Assembly (NCBI GenBank): GCA_000002445.1
Contig: CP000068.1
Span: forward strand, 1,216,001-1,280,000
Direction of reading: 5' to 3'
Source of the DNA: Trypanosoma brucei
Taxonomy: Eukaryota
Length of the DNA: 64,000 bases
The notes under the pieces are model-generated. The model was given only the letters and a program-made list of their open reading frames with translations, was not told the DNA's origin and ran no database searches. Each line of letters begins with the position of its first letter. Position 1 is the stretch's first letter. Of the stretch, positions 42,046 through 53,307 are shown piece by piece. The position numbers and the translations under genes were made by a program.

Positions 42046-44631
42046 CTATACTTGTCGTTCCTGTGCCTTTGGGGCTTTTCTGCATTTCTTTCCTAGTGCT
42101 TTCTCAGGTTTCACGTTAGGTGTGCGCTGCCGCATCGAAAACGGCGTGAAAGCTGCTGCAGAGTTGGGTGAAGACGGTGCCTCACCGTCCCTTTGAGCTC
42201 TCAACAGCTCTGCGGCTGCCTTGAGTTGATCACGAATAGACACGTTGTCAATTTCGCCAGCTCGCCTTTTCGTTAAAACGAGTTTTTCCTCACTGATAAG
42301 GTAGGAGGCAGTTGACACAGCAAGATCCCTTACCTCTGAGCTTTGGTGATTCAAGCACGGTTGCAGCAGGCGGGACCACGCATTTTCGTTGTGTTTGCCC
42401 ATGCTCCCAGCGCTGCCACGCACCTGTAGACCCCCATTCGCCGCAAGGTCCTTCAGTACACTGAGGCGTGCAAGCTGCGTACGTGCATGGGTGTGAGACA
42501 GCCGCCGCCGATCCTTGTCAACTGGGTCGGCTAGTACCGCAGAAAGTATAACGCCCTTTCCGATCTCTGGTTTGCGCACAAATAACGCTAGTGTCGACAT
42601 GGCTTCTTCCCGTAAGCGCGGATTATAATCTGCCGCGCAACAGAGCAACCGTGGGAGCAGATTGACCACTGGGCACATAACCTCCTCGAATACATTGGCT
42701 TCATCCTCTAGAACACTACGGACAAACGCGCAGGCAGCATTAGCAACGGCCGGAATATGATCCTGCAACCCATATCCACTCAGGTCTAAGTAGCGTAGTA
42801 CTCCCTCCTCAATTGAGACAGGGCTTGATTCGTAAAGAGTTGTCATTTTGGAGGCCAAAACACTAAGCGCTGACTCACGAAGCTTAAAGTTGCTGCTATA
42901 CAGGCACGCTGTAGTGAATAAGCCCACAACATTGTTGAGGTTTTGCATCTCCGAGAACTTACGCCCACCTACGTCCGGTAATTTTGGCATGTCAGTTTCC
43001 CCAGATGCCTCCATAATTTCACGTACTACACCTTCTTCCCACGGTTGCAATCTGCCCCCAATGGCGTACTCATCAGTGCCGTCACTCACGCTTACATCCT
43101 GATTGGCACCGGGGGGCCTTTCCTGCGCATTCCAATCGTCATTATTGCACTTAGCATCCGCGATCTCCTGCCCCTTTTGGTGCCAGATATTCTGTGCATC
43201 CAACTTCTGACCCGTATCTTTGTCAAAATCATCAAAGATAGAGGGACCCAAGTCAGAACCGGCACCGTCGAAGGGTGACATTCCACTGTCACCGGTGGGG
43301 CCGCTGGGCAAGTCCTGATATTCCCCTTCCGGTGCTAACTTTTGCCTTTCCGCACTCCAGCACATCTTCTCATTCCTCTCGCCACACATGCCATACCTAT
43401 CCCCACTGCAACCAATAGATAGGCCTATCGCCTCTGCCCCGCTTCTTCGGCCATCCTGAGGTGCGTCCTCGCTGAACGTATCACTACTGTACTCAAGTGG
43501 GTCTGGCACCTGTCGCAATTGTGGAACCTGAACATCGTTGTACACTTTTTCAATCATCGTATCCATTTGCTGCTTTGCCTCCTTCGCGGCATCGAAGTCC
43601 TCGTCAATGATGGCCTGTACCTTGTCCTGTTCTGCTTGATATATGCGCTTCGACCGGCGGTTCATCAGTTTAATTCGATCCTGGCACGCCTTTGCGGTAT
43701 CAAAGTCATCCATTGATATCGCTTGATTCTTCAGCATTAGTAACTCAGCAGAGCGGCGGACAAAAAAATCTTCAAACTCCAATATGCGCACAGAACGGAA
43801 GGCAGGCATTCCTTCATCCTGAGTGATGATGTTTCTAACAGGAGTTTCTACAGGTGACCGCTCACCCTCTCCTTGTCTGTCTTGCTCCTGCAGCAGATGC
43901 TGCAACTGATATTGCTGCTGCTCCAATTGCAAGGGCGGCAACTTGACGCCACTCCCGTTGTAGTTGCTTGACTCCCTGGTGTGATCCCTTTCTACAGGTG
44001 TCTGGGAAACAATACATGAACTAACTACCGCATGATCAACGTGCCTCGGTATGCGTTTGCTAATCTGACCGCTACATTCAATGGAATACACGCCAATTTG
44101 CTTGAAACGGTTAAAAGCATTCTGGTGCGGCGCATGAAAGAGAAGTTTCAAGAAGTACGCTTTGGCGTGCAGATGCACAGTCTTACGCTCCTTTGAGCGG
44201 TAGTTCGTGTGCTCGTTACTGCTGAAGTTGACCGAACCTAGCTTAAGAAAGCGCACTTCACGGAAAGACGGTGCTTCAAGTCCATAATGGCCACCAACTC
44301 CGTTAACTTCGTCGCCGTCGTCAAGAGCATACAAGCGCACCTCCATTTTTGACATAATTTTACTCTCGTGACTCAGTATGCGCAAATTCACCAACTCCGC
44401 GTTTCCGGGAAAGCGAAGTACAAGTTCCTGAGGCATGGAAGCAAAACGCGCACTTTGCCAACCCTTACCACTACAGTGCTGCTCTGCAACCGCGTGGTTG
44501 CTGGGATTGGTAGTGGAAAAACATTCAACATTCTCAGATGATGTTGCCAACCCATTCCCAAGTCCAGTGATAGGGAACTCATTGTCCTCACTGCTTCTAT
44601 ATACTATGTCATACGGGATCAAACCTACCAT
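42046..44631 (-). CDS. CEP104-like ciliary/centrosomal protein: N-terminal jelly-roll domain, paired UVR-like motifs, C-terminal HEAT/TOG-like region.
   Basis: N-terminus GKGWQSARFASMPQELVLRFPGNAELVNLRILSHESKIMSKMEVRLYA matches the conserved CEP104 N-domain pattern (…RF…PQE…L…I.KLQ.L.H…I.K.E…). Two D(D/E)DFD(T/A)AK motifs lie about 40 residues apart (UvrB/C-like). HEAT-like helical repeats are present in the last 350 residues. Confidence 0.55.
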   Translation of the reverse strand: MVGLIPYDIVYRSSEDNEFPITGLGNGLATSSENVECFSTTNPSNHAVAEQHCSGKGWQSARFASMPQELVLRFPGNAELVNLRILSHESKIMSKMEVRLYALDDGDEVNGVGGHYGLEAPSFREVRFLKLGSVNFSSNEHTNYRSKERKTVHLHAKAYFLKLLFHAPHQNAFNRFKQIGVYSIECSGQISKRIPRHVDHAVVSSCIVSQTPVERDHTRESSNYNGSGVKLPPLQLEQQQYQLQHLLQEQDRQGEGERSPVETPVRNIITQDEGMPAFRSVRILEFEDFFVRRSAELLMLKNQAISMDDFDTAKACQDRIKLMNRRSKRIYQAEQDKVQAIIDEDFDAAKEAKQQMDTMIEKVYNDVQVPQLRQVPDPLEYSSDTFSEDAPQDGRRSGAEAIGLSIGCSGDRYGMCGERNEKMCWSAERQKLAPEGEYQDLPSGPTGDSGMSPFDGAGSDLGPSIFDDFDKDTGQKLDAQNIWHQKGQEIADAKCNNDDWNAQERPPGANQDVSVSDGTDEYAIGGRLQPWEEGVVREIMEASGETDMPKLPDVGGRKFSEMQNLNNVVGLFTTACLYSSNFKLRESALSVLASKMTTLYESSPVSIEEGVLRYLDLSGYGLQDHIPAVANAACAFVRSVLEDEANVFEEVMCPVVNLLPRLLCCAADYNPRLREEAMSTLALFVRKPEIGKGVILSAVLADPVDKDRRRLSHTHARTQLARLSVLKDLAANGGLQVRGSAGSMGKHNENAWSRLLQPCLNHQSSEVRDLAVSTASYLISEEKLVLTKRRAGEIDNVSIRDQLKAAAELLRAQRDGEAPSSPNSAAAFTPFSMRQRTPNVKPEKALGKKCRKAPKAQERQV

Positions 44632-45070
44632 TCCCCGTCGTTTGGGAACCTAACTCCTCACTCGACCTTCGCCCTTTTCCTCTTTTCTCTATTTCACCCC
44701 TTTACCGTGAAAACGTCAAATAACACAAATACACAAACAGAGAAATTTAATGTTATAGCTCTGACATGAACATAGCAAAAGCAAAGTTGAGATGACAGGC
44801 ATCGCAACTGTCGGGCGCGGAAACCCTATGGTGTAACACCTCACACTGGAACACCACCAAAATTAACGGAAGTTTCCCACCAGTGAATTTATGAACAACC
44901 TAACGCCTCCCCCCACAACCTCGGTAAACGTGCGGTTGTATCGCACCATAACTGCTCTTTTATCCCCACGGATGGTACACGACGACACAGCATAGCATGA
45001 ACCGAGCCCGCTAATCCATTCGTTTTGGTGCACTGCATGGCCACACCCTCAACCGCAACGCACAATCGAG

Positions 45071-45646
45071 TCAAGCTGCTCCGTTCCCCCTCTCTTCTCC
45101 TATGAAGAACTCCCTTTGTCCCCGTATGAGCGGTGTGTCTGGGAGGTTTGCTATATCCACCTCATAATGAGAGCGCATCGACCGCAAGAAGTTGGGGTTC
45201 AGTGGGCCCTTCGACTCGTCGTACCACTCGGACGGTGTCGGGTTTTTTTTCTGAAGCTCCGCACGCTGTTCTGCTAACGCCTCTTCGGCCCTTTTCTCCA
45301 ACTCCATGCGGCGAAGTATCACCAGCTCCGCCACTCGCATCGCCCCAGTTGTTGTTGTTAGCGGGTATTTCTCCACCTGTACACCACGCCGCTCCAACTC
45401 TCGCTCAAAGGCACCACGGCCGGTGTGGTGAAGCCCCCGGTTGTTGTTGTGGCTCTGCGTCGCGCGGCGTGCGTTAAGGCTGTTTCGGGTTTGATGACGC
45501 TCCATTTCCTGGTACCACCGCATTGTAGCGCGAGCTGAGAGATAACGGTTTGTCTTGTAGTCGTTAACGTGATCCTCATCCCAGAGGCCGGTGCCTTTTT
45601 TATACTTCATCGTGAAGCCACCACGAGCGGGGATACATCGCCTCAT
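45071..45646 (-). CDS. Hypothetical basic protein, 191 aa.
   Basis: ATG ORF in unit orientation; Arg/Lys/Glu-rich helical segment (ELERRGVQVEKY...RRMELEKRAEEALAEQRAELQKK). No recognisable family. Confidence 0.4.
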   Translation of the reverse strand: MRRCIPARGGFTMKYKKGTGLWDEDHVNDYKTNRYLSARATMRWYQEMERHQTRNSLNARRATQSHNNNRGLHHTGRGAFERELERRGVQVEKYPLTTTTGAMRVAELVILRRMELEKRAEEALAEQRAELQKKNPTPSEWYDESKGPLNPNFLRSMRSHYEVDIANLPDTPLIRGQREFFIGEERGNGAA

Positions 45647-46063
45647 GGTCCCTACTGCCTAATGGAAGATTATCCCGTCCTTGGCCCAGGTGTTGGACTC
45701 CACTTGGGTTTGAAGACACCCTATGAGATTCCTAACCCTTTCAACTGACATAGTTGAGTTCATTTGCAGAAGAGAATTTACAACTGGAAGGTGGTACCAA
45801 AAGGCAGAGCAAAGAGGCCTCTCGCGCGTGGCAACCAACAGCGCGATCAGCGTTCAGTAGCAGCATGCTTACCCACCGAAATCACGGACGAACGCTAGAA
45901 AAACCAGCATGAGACGCCCCAGCGGCTCCCGCAGTATGAACACAAACTAAAAATGAGATTAGGAAATAATACAAAGTCGCAGACAGATGCAAAAGTACTA
46001 GAACCACCTCTCAATCGGATAAAAAGGGCTTAATCATACAAAAAATCAGGTAAGGGCAACACA

Positions 46064-49000
46064 TCAACACTTCTGGTTGTTATCCCACCAACGGAAAGAA
46101 TCCTCAAGATGCATTTTGACGACAAGCCTCTTCACCCTAGTCGGCATCGCATGATGTCGAAAAGGTTTTCGAGATCCTCTCCTACCACCTGACTTAAGAA
46201 ACCGATCCTTCCGCTTTTCCTCGGCACCGCCTGTGCTAATATTGCCGTCGCTGAGGCGTATCGCATGTTCCTGCGCACAGCGAAGCAACGGTGGAAGGTC
46301 AGTGGCACCTAACGGAAGAATGCGAAGCGCCACTTCCCATGCGCCACGCGCCGTTAACGCACCTACGATGCACCCAAGCGTTGTCACGAGCGTGGCGTCA
46401 TCAGCCCTCTTGAGGCGACGCCGTGAAAACGCTAGTTCTTGCTTCCCCTCGTGCTTCGGGAGTGCTACAAGACACTGCAGCAATGTGGCATTACTCGTGG
46501 ACCCGAATGCAGCAAGTCTGATCGCATGATGCGCATCAACGTTGCTCACATCTCTGCCACTGTGTGCAAAACTCCTGTGCAGGCTCTGTAGTGCCACGTA
46601 CCAAAGTCCGACGGCCTGGCGCCTGTAAAGTGCAGTAGCCACAGGTATACCTACTGCTAACTCGCTCGATGACCACCACGTGACCCTCGCTGTATTGATG
46701 TTAGAAGGAGGAACCGCAAACGCATCAGCGACCACATGAAGACCAGTTGATTGTGCGGAGCGCAACAGAGACTGAAGTGCCGCTACCTCCAGTGGGAGGG
46801 GAGAAAGGTTTAAAGGAAAATGATTGCGCACATGGTTGTCAGCTCTACGCGTGGTGTCCAACATCTGAAGCATGGAGAACGCGGCAACTGCGGGGGCGCT
46901 CGTTGCAACTAACTCCATGCAATTACGTGGGTAGTGCATAAGACCGAGATCATTAACAGCAGATAGAATCCGAAGGGCAGAATCCCACGGAAGCGACGAC
47001 GTAGTGTCGATGTCCAACTGCACTGCTATGCGCTCGACAAACGCGCGAAAGACGGTTTGCGCACAATACGGAAACAGCGTTCGTATATTTTCTACAACTG
47101 ATTGCAGAACACTAACGCCTTTCTGCTCATTTGGCACACCGTTCCCGCCCCTTCCAATATTCCTATAAGCTTTCTCGAGAATTTCAACAAGAACCTCCAT
47201 TTCAGGAGAAACACCGCGCCCCGCTGCTACACGTAGTAGTGTGAAGATGGTGTTCCATTGGTTATGATATAATACCCCTCTAATCCACTGCGAAAGAAGT
47301 GTGCCCGAAAGTTGTGGCAGAGCAACAGCGATCTGTTGAGCGTATTCCGCTGATAAAGACCATACAGCACACCCACCACCCAACTGCAGCAGAAGTCGTT
47401 GCCGATGTTGACGAACCGCGTTTTCAACAAACTGCCATGACTCCAAGACATTTTTCGGAGGGTTCAATACGACGTCCCCTCCTCTTTCCCCCCCTGGCGC
47501 CCTTGCCTCAAAAAGGAAAGTGCAGGAACCTTTGCTTTGGCTATTTTTTTCAATATATCCACGACTGTGAGGGAAACAGAGCCGTACGATGGCATAGTAA
47601 CATCCTGTTGGTGTCAGTTCGATCATTGCGGAGAGTGCATTTAACGCAACACCTAAGCCGGCCTGCCTTGTACGTTGCAGTATGTAAGCTATTCCATTCC
47701 AATTATTGTTGTAACACGACAAGAGCACTGCGGCAGTTGACGGCGTCCCGCACTTGACGTCGAAGTGAAGCCACGCCGCGGCCGCCAACTCCCTCTCTTT
47801 CTTGTGCTTTTGATCAGCATTCCAAAGATAATGCAGCGCACTCGGATAATTGTCAGCAAGAAAAGCACTATTACTCTCCATCCGTGCAAGTTCAACTGCA
47901 ACGCTTTGTTTAGTAAAGTTAGCAACACACGGGGACATCCGACAGCGGAGAAATTCAATTGCAGCGATGTGACTGGCAGCCGCCCCTTTCCTCATCCTTA
48001 GAAACTGAAGAAGCAGCAATACGAGCCCACCGAACCCAATGTCCTCCGATGTGGTGCTCATTAAACAGAATTCTTTACCATCAGTTCCTGGCGACGGTCG
48101 GTTCAATCCCATCAACACTCCAGATACTGCAGTGCGATATGCCGCGCTCTCATACCATAAACCACACAAATCACAACGAGATGCCAACTCATCGAAGCCC
48201 AACACACGCTCGCCACACGCCAGAGTCGCCGCAACCAGTTCTCGCCTCTGGGAAGCATTACTATTTGCACTCTTCTTTGATAACACGCAGTGGATGCCCT
48301 CAGAAAAGCACATGGTGCTCACCGGCAAGCCGTCAGCACGAGCCTTATCAATCACCTGTAGCAGACTATACGCAGCCTCTTGGGAGAGGCATTCGTCGCT
48401 GAAAACAGATAACAGCATCTCCTCCAAGACTACGGGTTGGGTCTTCACAAAAGGAGTGGTAGCAATAGTGCTTATGACCTCAACACGCTCAGAAACGGAT
48501 AGTAAGTTCAGCACATCCTGCGGGCAGCACTCGCAGCTGCTTGAGCCCAAAGCATTTGTTAGGAATCCCACAACCAAAGCGACTCGCCGTCCATAGCGCT
48601 GCATGCGTTCTTCACGACACAGCCGTTTCATACTTTCGAAGTCAACGAGCGATAACTGTGCTCGAGAGCCGTACCATCTGGTCATGCATACTTGTGCGGT
48701 TGCAATGGTTGGGGTAACAAAAAAACCGGTGGCAGTGGCTTGGCAATACCCTTCCTCCCCAAGGTGTCTTTTCGCTACATGCATGAAATCCATGCGAAGA
48801 GGGAGGGCCCGAGGTTGCCTCCAACTGCGCGAAAACAGGGGTTGGGGCCGAGAAATAGCGGCAAGTGGGCGCGAAGGGGTAGTCCAACAACCCGCGGAAG
48901 CACGACGACCGATAGTGTTTGCATTTCTGCTAGTGTGCCAAACTAGACACGTAGCATTGGACGAAACGACCACTGCGTTCTGCCAGCTGCATCTGATCCT

Positions 49001-49258
49001 ACCCAGCAACTGCTCCACTCTCTCTCGCCTGAAAGCTTGCCAGAAATAAGCCCACTGCATGTTGATGAAAGCGGTCCAAAGCGAAGGCCGCAAAGACGCA
49101 CGACATCTTATCATGCCGGGGAGCTGAATCGTTTCGATACACGTGATCCCGCTGACACCACCAACAGCAGCTGCACTGCAGCGAAGTGGAATAACTTTTG
49201 TTTGTCCGACGCCTCGTGTCTGAAAGACGGTCCCAATACGAGTATTGGGGTGCAGCAT
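46064..49258 (-). CDS. Large hypothetical helical-repeat protein (1064 aa) with a presequence-like N-terminus; possibly mitochondrial.
   Basis: The ORF-track start at 49273 is TTG; the ATG is at 49258 (MLHPNTRIGTVFQTRGVGQTKVIPLRCSAAAVGG...). The body is Leu/Ala-rich with predicted helices throughout. No catalytic motif seen. Confidence 0.55.
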   Translation of the reverse strand: MLHPNTRIGTVFQTRGVGQTKVIPLRCSAAAVGGVSGITCIETIQLPGMIRCRASLRPSLWTAFINMQWAYFWQAFRRERVEQLLGRIRCSWQNAVVVSSNATCLVWHTSRNANTIGRRASAGCWTTPSRPLAAISRPQPLFSRSWRQPRALPLRMDFMHVAKRHLGEEGYCQATATGFFVTPTIATAQVCMTRWYGSRAQLSLVDFESMKRLCREERMQRYGRRVALVVGFLTNALGSSSCECCPQDVLNLLSVSERVEVISTIATTPFVKTQPVVLEEMLLSVFSDECLSQEAAYSLLQVIDKARADGLPVSTMCFSEGIHCVLSKKSANSNASQRRELVAATLACGERVLGFDELASRCDLCGLWYESAAYRTAVSGVLMGLNRPSPGTDGKEFCLMSTTSEDIGFGGLVLLLLQFLRMRKGAAASHIAAIEFLRCRMSPCVANFTKQSVAVELARMESNSAFLADNYPSALHYLWNADQKHKKERELAAAAWLHFDVKCGTPSTAAVLLSCYNNNWNGIAYILQRTRQAGLGVALNALSAMIELTPTGCYYAIVRLCFPHSRGYIEKNSQSKGSCTFLFEARAPGGERGGDVVLNPPKNVLESWQFVENAVRQHRQRLLLQLGGGCAVWSLSAEYAQQIAVALPQLSGTLLSQWIRGVLYHNQWNTIFTLLRVAAGRGVSPEMEVLVEILEKAYRNIGRGGNGVPNEQKGVSVLQSVVENIRTLFPYCAQTVFRAFVERIAVQLDIDTTSSLPWDSALRILSAVNDLGLMHYPRNCMELVATSAPAVAAFSMLQMLDTTRRADNHVRNHFPLNLSPLPLEVAALQSLLRSAQSTGLHVVADAFAVPPSNINTARVTWWSSSELAVGIPVATALYRRQAVGLWYVALQSLHRSFAHSGRDVSNVDAHHAIRLAAFGSTSNATLLQCLVALPKHEGKQELAFSRRRLKRADDATLVTTLGCIVGALTARGAWEVALRILPLGATDLPPLLRCAQEHAIRLSDGNISTGGAEEKRKDRFLKSGGRRGSRKPFRHHAMPTRVKRLVVKMHLEDSFRWWDNNQKC

Positions 49259-49957
49259 TGCTGCAGCCCACAAGCGTTATTCACCCTTCCACTAAGGAGA
49301 ACACTGCGAAGTCTACGCCGTAAGGAAGTGACAAGTGAAGGAAACTGATACGAACAAGCGCACCAACGTACAAACACGCGACGCCACTGCTCAATTACAA
49401 ACCCCACTGTTCCTCGGGAAGCAAATATCTGGATAGCTAACGAAACAACAAGATCTTCCGTAAAGAGCAACCTACCACAGTTTGCCAGTGGGTCGCGCGG
49501 CTTCACCACCGCGCAGCATCCCGGTGCAATACAATAATTCTGACGTTCGTTTAGGAGTGTACGATGTTAAACGCGCGAAGTTATGTACACAAGAGGGGAA
49601 ACGAAAAATTTTAAAAGCGTTAAACGCTTTTACGTGTGCACGGGCATATGCACGCACAGGTGCGTGCGACCACCCACCTTTTCTCCTCCCCCCAGGGAGG
49701 AAAAAAAAAAGCATCGTTACTCTTTCGCTCCACAAATTGCACCATTACATCCCATCCCGAAAATAAGGAACACAAGTACCATTCCCTTCATGCTGCCGCT
49801 GGCATTCCTATGGCCAGGTCACGCAGCATCTACTCCATTGAGGAATTTATGTGAATAAGAACCGAAAGTACAGCAGCGAGCACTGGTGATAAACGAATTA
49901 AGGTGAAACACAAAGCTATCGTAAAAGCGTCAGCCCTTCCCCAAACTGTAATGTATA

Positions 49958-51055
49958 TCATATTTCAATTCGCCCAAGGAGCAGCGTTACCAGCACCCCC
50001 AGTAGGAGGGAAACACACGCCGCCAAACCATGCACTTCCTCACGCAGTATTGTCATCAGACCAGCAAAAAGAAAAAGACCACCGCCTGCGGCCCCAACAA
50101 GAGAATTCAAAGATCCAATCCCGCGGATATGTTCGCTTTTAAATAACTCCCTAGTGTCGTTATGGGGAATTGGCCGATGCCCCTTGCAATACCGGTCCCT
50201 GTGTTTCCCCACGCAGTGTCCTCCAGCGGCATCGGAAGAGGAACTGCACAGAACCGCAGAAATCAAAGCCACAGCGGGTGTTATGGCCAACCAAAGCAAC
50301 ACGGGCCACCTCCAAAGTTCGTCCCTTAGTTTTCGGTCAAATTTTCGCACCAAGCACATTTCAGTGGAGGCAACGCCCCCGTGCAAGCGGCCGGCGTTAT
50401 GAGTACATTCTCCTATCCCATCAGCATGAAGGAGTAAAAGCTCCTCAGAACTGCAACTAGTAGCGAGAAACAACTTCTTTGATATCGCTACACCAATGGC
50501 AACACCATCAAGGAGGCGATGAACGCACAGCGGCACGACTATGGTTAACAGTGATGGGTCATCTGGCTCAAGACCCAACACAGCACCCTCCATGGCAGCA
50601 TGAAAGAACATGAGCAGCAGAACGAGTGGGACACCACACCTCCCACCTTGGTGAATGTCATCTTGTGCCAACAGAGCGCCGTGACCATGGCAACAACCGT
50701 TGCTGCGATTTCTCTCACTTTCCTCTCCATCTTTCTTGTCAACGATGCGGTCAAGAACAGTGGGGAGGAGAATACCACTAAGCATAATTAAAGATACCAG
50801 TGAGGGATCGGCGTTTCGTGCTGCAGCATCCTCGAGCGCGTGCAAAAAGAAATGTGAAACGGCAATAGTGATCAGCATTCCTGCAGCAAAACAGTTCGCT
50901 AACGAAAGTGTATGTGGAAACGTTGTATGCGTTCCACCACCAAACAGCGTCGTGCATTTATTCGATAGACAAAGGAGTGGTGACACAACACCTGACACTC
51001 CAAATAATGTAACAACCAGCGCCGCAACTACCCGCAGGGCAACAAAGGGTAGCAT
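49958..51055 (-). CDS. ZIP-family (ZRT/IRT-like, ZupT-like) divalent metal transporter.
   Basis: About 8 transmembrane segments; His-rich cytosolic loop NGCCHGHGALL; metal-binding helices with HAAMEGAVLGLE and CVHRLLDGVAIGVAIS (compare ZIP motifs HNxxEGLAxG and HExPHExGD). The ORF-track start at 51130 is TTG; the first ATG is 51055. Confidence 0.6.
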   Translation of the reverse strand: MLPFVALRVVAALVVTLFGVSGVVSPLLCLSNKCTTLFGGGTHTTFPHTLSLANCFAAGMLITIAVSHFFLHALEDAAARNADPSLVSLIMLSGILLPTVLDRIVDKKDGEESERNRSNGCCHGHGALLAQDDIHQGGRCGVPLVLLLMFFHAAMEGAVLGLEPDDPSLLTIVVPLCVHRLLDGVAIGVAISKKLFLATSCSSEELLLLHADGIGECTHNAGRLHGGVASTEMCLVRKFDRKLRDELWRWPVLLWLAITPAVALISAVLCSSSSDAAGGHCVGKHRDRYCKGHRPIPHNDTRELFKSEHIRGIGSLNSLVGAAGGGLFLFAGLMTILREEVHGLAACVSLLLGVLVTLLLGRIEI

Positions 51056-51762
51056 GTGCCTCACGGTTACTCGGTTGAGAGTACACACTAAGAAGTGATT
51101 TCCTTCCTTCCCCTGTGGAGAGAGAGGCAACTACGCGCGTCTGTTATATTGAAATTATACAAGCAAGGGGAGATGGTATGAGCAATAAAACCACTCTTAC
51201 AGCACCGTGGATTGTACCATAGCAGCAAACACTAAGAGGGCGCGATATAACTGAAGAAGAGGACACACATCCCCGCAGGTTGCCATAGCGTGAGGGAACG
51301 AAGATAATGAGTTACGTTTTGGTGTGAAACAACAAAAACATGCGCAACTTTGCCTACTGCCAAGTTGTCCAAGCCTTATCTTCGTTTTTGTCACCAAGGG
51401 CCTACACGCCTGTTGGTGACAAAGTCGCTTTAATTCATAAACACCGAACTCAAAATGATAGCAGCCGAGCACGCTGCAGGAACAGCAACGAAACCTCACT
51501 CACGGCCTCCATAACATTACGCTATGAGATGGAATAATTCTTAGATGCTTTGGGATAAAAACAGAGAGCAAAGGATGAATACATAAACACGGTCGAAGAG
51601 CAACAAAGACGAGAGCATTAAAAATGAGCACAAGTCAATGGAGGTTAAAACAGCACCCACTTCCTCACCACATCACCACACTCTCAACTTAATACAAGAG
51701 CTGCTGGTCCAGGAGGGAAAAGAAAGAAAAAAGAGGTGAAGATGTACATTTAATTCTATCGA

Positions 51763-51777
51763 TATATATATATATAT
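51763..51777. repeat. (TA)n microsatellite.
   Basis: gatatatatatatatatc, read directly. Confidence 0.85.
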
Positions 51778-52146
51778 CTTGAGATACATTTCAGTGGAAA
51801 AGGAAAAAGGAAATTATGAAAAGGTATGTAGTGTACTCGCGTTGAAGAGACGCCTCCGTATTTGAGCAAACACAAACAAACAAACAAAATAACTTCAACA
51901 CTGCGGCCGGCCGAGCCAAATGCAACACCTTATTGACAAGGTTCACAATAGCAGCAGGAAAAGAGTAGGGGAAACCTTTGGAGAAAAAGAAGTACACTTG
52001 TACAGTTACATCTGTGAGGGAGACATCATTTACCCGCTACTTGCATTCTCTCTGCGATTCCCGTTTATGAAATCTCTTTGTATCCCCAACCTCTCTACCT
52101 TCAACAAATCCTCCCTTGCATCTGCGCTCATCTAGTGAAATCTTCC

Positions 52147-53307
52147 CTAAAAAAGTTTCCTTGGTTTCTTATCCACACGAGTGTTGAGCGTTTGCTCCGC
52201 ATCCGTCAACTGTGTAAGCGTCGTCTGCAGCATTGAGCCCTCAACCGTCATTTTTATTACTTCACTAGTTTTCGGCTTCATTGGTTTTGTTTCTGGGGCT
52301 TTGGTACCGCTGCGATTACGCACCAATGGGTTTTTGTTCCGTCTACCAGCATCGGTGCCACAACCGACCGTCGCCAGCGTTACGTATGACTTGCTCCACT
52401 TCCGCAGGGGACAGGTGTCGTTGCCATGAAGAGCATCCACATTGCGCGGGAAGGACGGTACGTGTCCTGCATAGCGCGGGATGGCATACTTTTGCACCTT
52501 TGCGGTACCCGCAAAGAGCGGCATTGAAGAACTCATGTCTGTGATTAGACGTTGCTGCACGGCGAGCGCCGGTGATACGGGCAGCTTTGGAGCGAGACGG
52601 TCCAATGGGGCGTATTCAAACCCCAAGTGGTTCTCGCTTGGTGGTGCAAGTCGCTGACAGTCCACGATATCCAGGCAACTGCGGGCACACCGGCCATCAG
52701 CGTCAGTATCCAGCAACCGTCGCTGCGCGGGAAAGACAGGGAACACGTCAGGATTGGGGCACAACGTTGGGCTTGTCGCACGCTTTCGCATAATATCTAC
52801 GGTACGCTGCGTGTTACCGACCAAACCGCTGCGCATGTCATCGTCAATGCGCTCCACTCGCCGAGCCGTACTGTAAAAGTCCCGTTGCGCCACTGGCCGC
52901 ACCGATTGGCTGCTCGCCTGCTGTTCGGTGATCCACTCACTCGGGCTGTGTCGGGTGGCAACCCCATCGAACAAAGACGCCACGGAACTTTTCATAGTTC
53001 CCTCCAAATGCCCTCGTGGCTTCATTTCCCCTCCACATGCCTTGTCATCAACTGTGGTCTTTGTATCAGCAGTCGCCTCGTTGGTTTTGTTGGCACCACA
53101 CCGCACTGAGCGAAGCAGTGTCAGGTAATGGTTGCCTTGTGACGGGTCCGTCCGCGCTGGAGCGGAGCCATATGCCTCATCAAAAGTCGTATAAATGCCA
53201 TGATGCAGCGATGACTGCGACGGCACTAGACGTTTGTCCCGGTCAAGTGGAACCGCCCGCTCGCGCAGAGGGGCGCGGGTGTTTACAGCAGTCTTTAGTG
53301 TTATCAT
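52147..53307 (-). CDS. Hypothetical protein, Ser/Thr/Arg-rich.
   Basis: Long ORF in unit orientation. The ORF-track start at 53334 is TTG; the first ATG is 53307. No recognisable motif. Confidence 0.4.
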   Translation of the reverse strand: MITLKTAVNTRAPLRERAVPLDRDKRLVPSQSSLHHGIYTTFDEAYGSAPARTDPSQGNHYLTLLRSVRCGANKTNEATADTKTTVDDKACGGEMKPRGHLEGTMKSSVASLFDGVATRHSPSEWITEQQASSQSVRPVAQRDFYSTARRVERIDDDMRSGLVGNTQRTVDIMRKRATSPTLCPNPDVFPVFPAQRRLLDTDADGRCARSCLDIVDCQRLAPPSENHLGFEYAPLDRLAPKLPVSPALAVQQRLITDMSSSMPLFAGTAKVQKYAIPRYAGHVPSFPRNVDALHGNDTCPLRKWSKSYVTLATVGCGTDAGRRNKNPLVRNRSGTKAPETKPMKPKTSEVIKMTVEGSMLQTTLTQLTDAEQTLNTRVDKKPRKLF

